A stretch of 64,000 nt of DNA from Antedon mediterranea. Lineage: Eukaryota > Animalia > Echinodermata. Position 1 is the first letter of the stretch; every line of letters begins with the position of its first letter. Position numbers and translations under genes: made by a program. Below the pieces are notes generated by a model. That model was given only the letters and a program-made list of their open reading frames with translations. It did not search any database and was not told the DNA's origin. Positions 63,446 through 64,000 of this stretch are shown in pieces. The stretch is from positions 16,475,432 through 16,539,431 of the forward strand of contig NC_092679.1 in the NCBI RefSeq assembly GCF_964355755.1. The letters are read 5' to 3'.

Positions 63446-64000
63446 ACTTTGGTTCCCACTCTAGAACGCAACGCAATGACGTAGTGAACGCGAGTTGACC
63501 ATTAAAGCTTGGTTCCCACTAGAACGTAACGCAAGGACGTAAACGCAACGCAAGCGTTTTAACCAATGACAAGCGAAGTTATAGACAGTTAGTAATCACA
63601 AGCGAATAAGCCATCGCTTGTGATTGGTCAATTCATTTGCATTGTGCTGTCATCCTAAAGCGTGGTTCCCACTAGCGACGCAACACAAGAACGTAACGCA
63701 ACGCAAGCGTTTTAACCAATGACAAGCGAAGTTATAGTTATCAACTCCATCTGTGACTGTAAAGCGTGGTTCTCACTAGCCATCGCTTGTGATTGGTCAA
63801 TTCATTTGCATTGTGCTGTCATCCTAAAGCGTGGTTCCCACTAGAACGTAACGCAAGGACGTAAACGCAACGCAAGCGTTTTAACCAATGACAAGCGAAG
63901 TTATAGACAGTTAGCAATCACAAGCGAATAAGCCATCGCTTGTGATTGGTCAATTCACTTGCGTTGCGTTACGTCCTTGCGTTGCGTCGCTAGTGGGAAC
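63446..64000. mobile_element. tandem patchwork of family B MITE segments, running off the window end
   Basis: five TGGTTC(C/T)CACT starts near 63450, 63507, 63659, 63763 and 63828; last copy nearly complete. Confidence 0.9.

Overview
AT-rich, intron-containing animal genomic DNA, probably an invertebrate deuterostome such as an echinoderm (inferred from SINE domain types and repeat style, not proven). It is not prokaryotic, and most ORF-track entries are spurious. Four protein-coding loci can be assembled from splice signals. (1) The last two coding exons of a PPP1R14/CPI-17-family PP1 inhibitor (+, 8930-9043 and 16889-16930). (2) A complete 6-exon PNO1 (-, 37462-31208, 264 aa). (3) A complete 7-exon organic solute transporter alpha/SLC51A-like gene (-, 49403-39691, 394 aa). 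(4) The first coding exon of a TMEM26-like gene (+, 62932-63125). The rest is dense with non-autonomous DNA transposons (Harbinger-, Tc1/mariner-, Kolobok-, MULE- and hAT-like), tRNA-derived SINEs, an odd tRNA-like gene and several minisatellites. The most striking signal is a set of five 20-38 bp palindromes with CAT(A/G)GA ends and 7-bp target duplications, three with an empty paralogous site in the window. Their arms stop at about 17-18 nt, as expected for P-element-type excision scars. TACTGTA/TACAGTA Tc1-type scars, templated insertions and a perfect DR5 nuclear-receptor element are also present.
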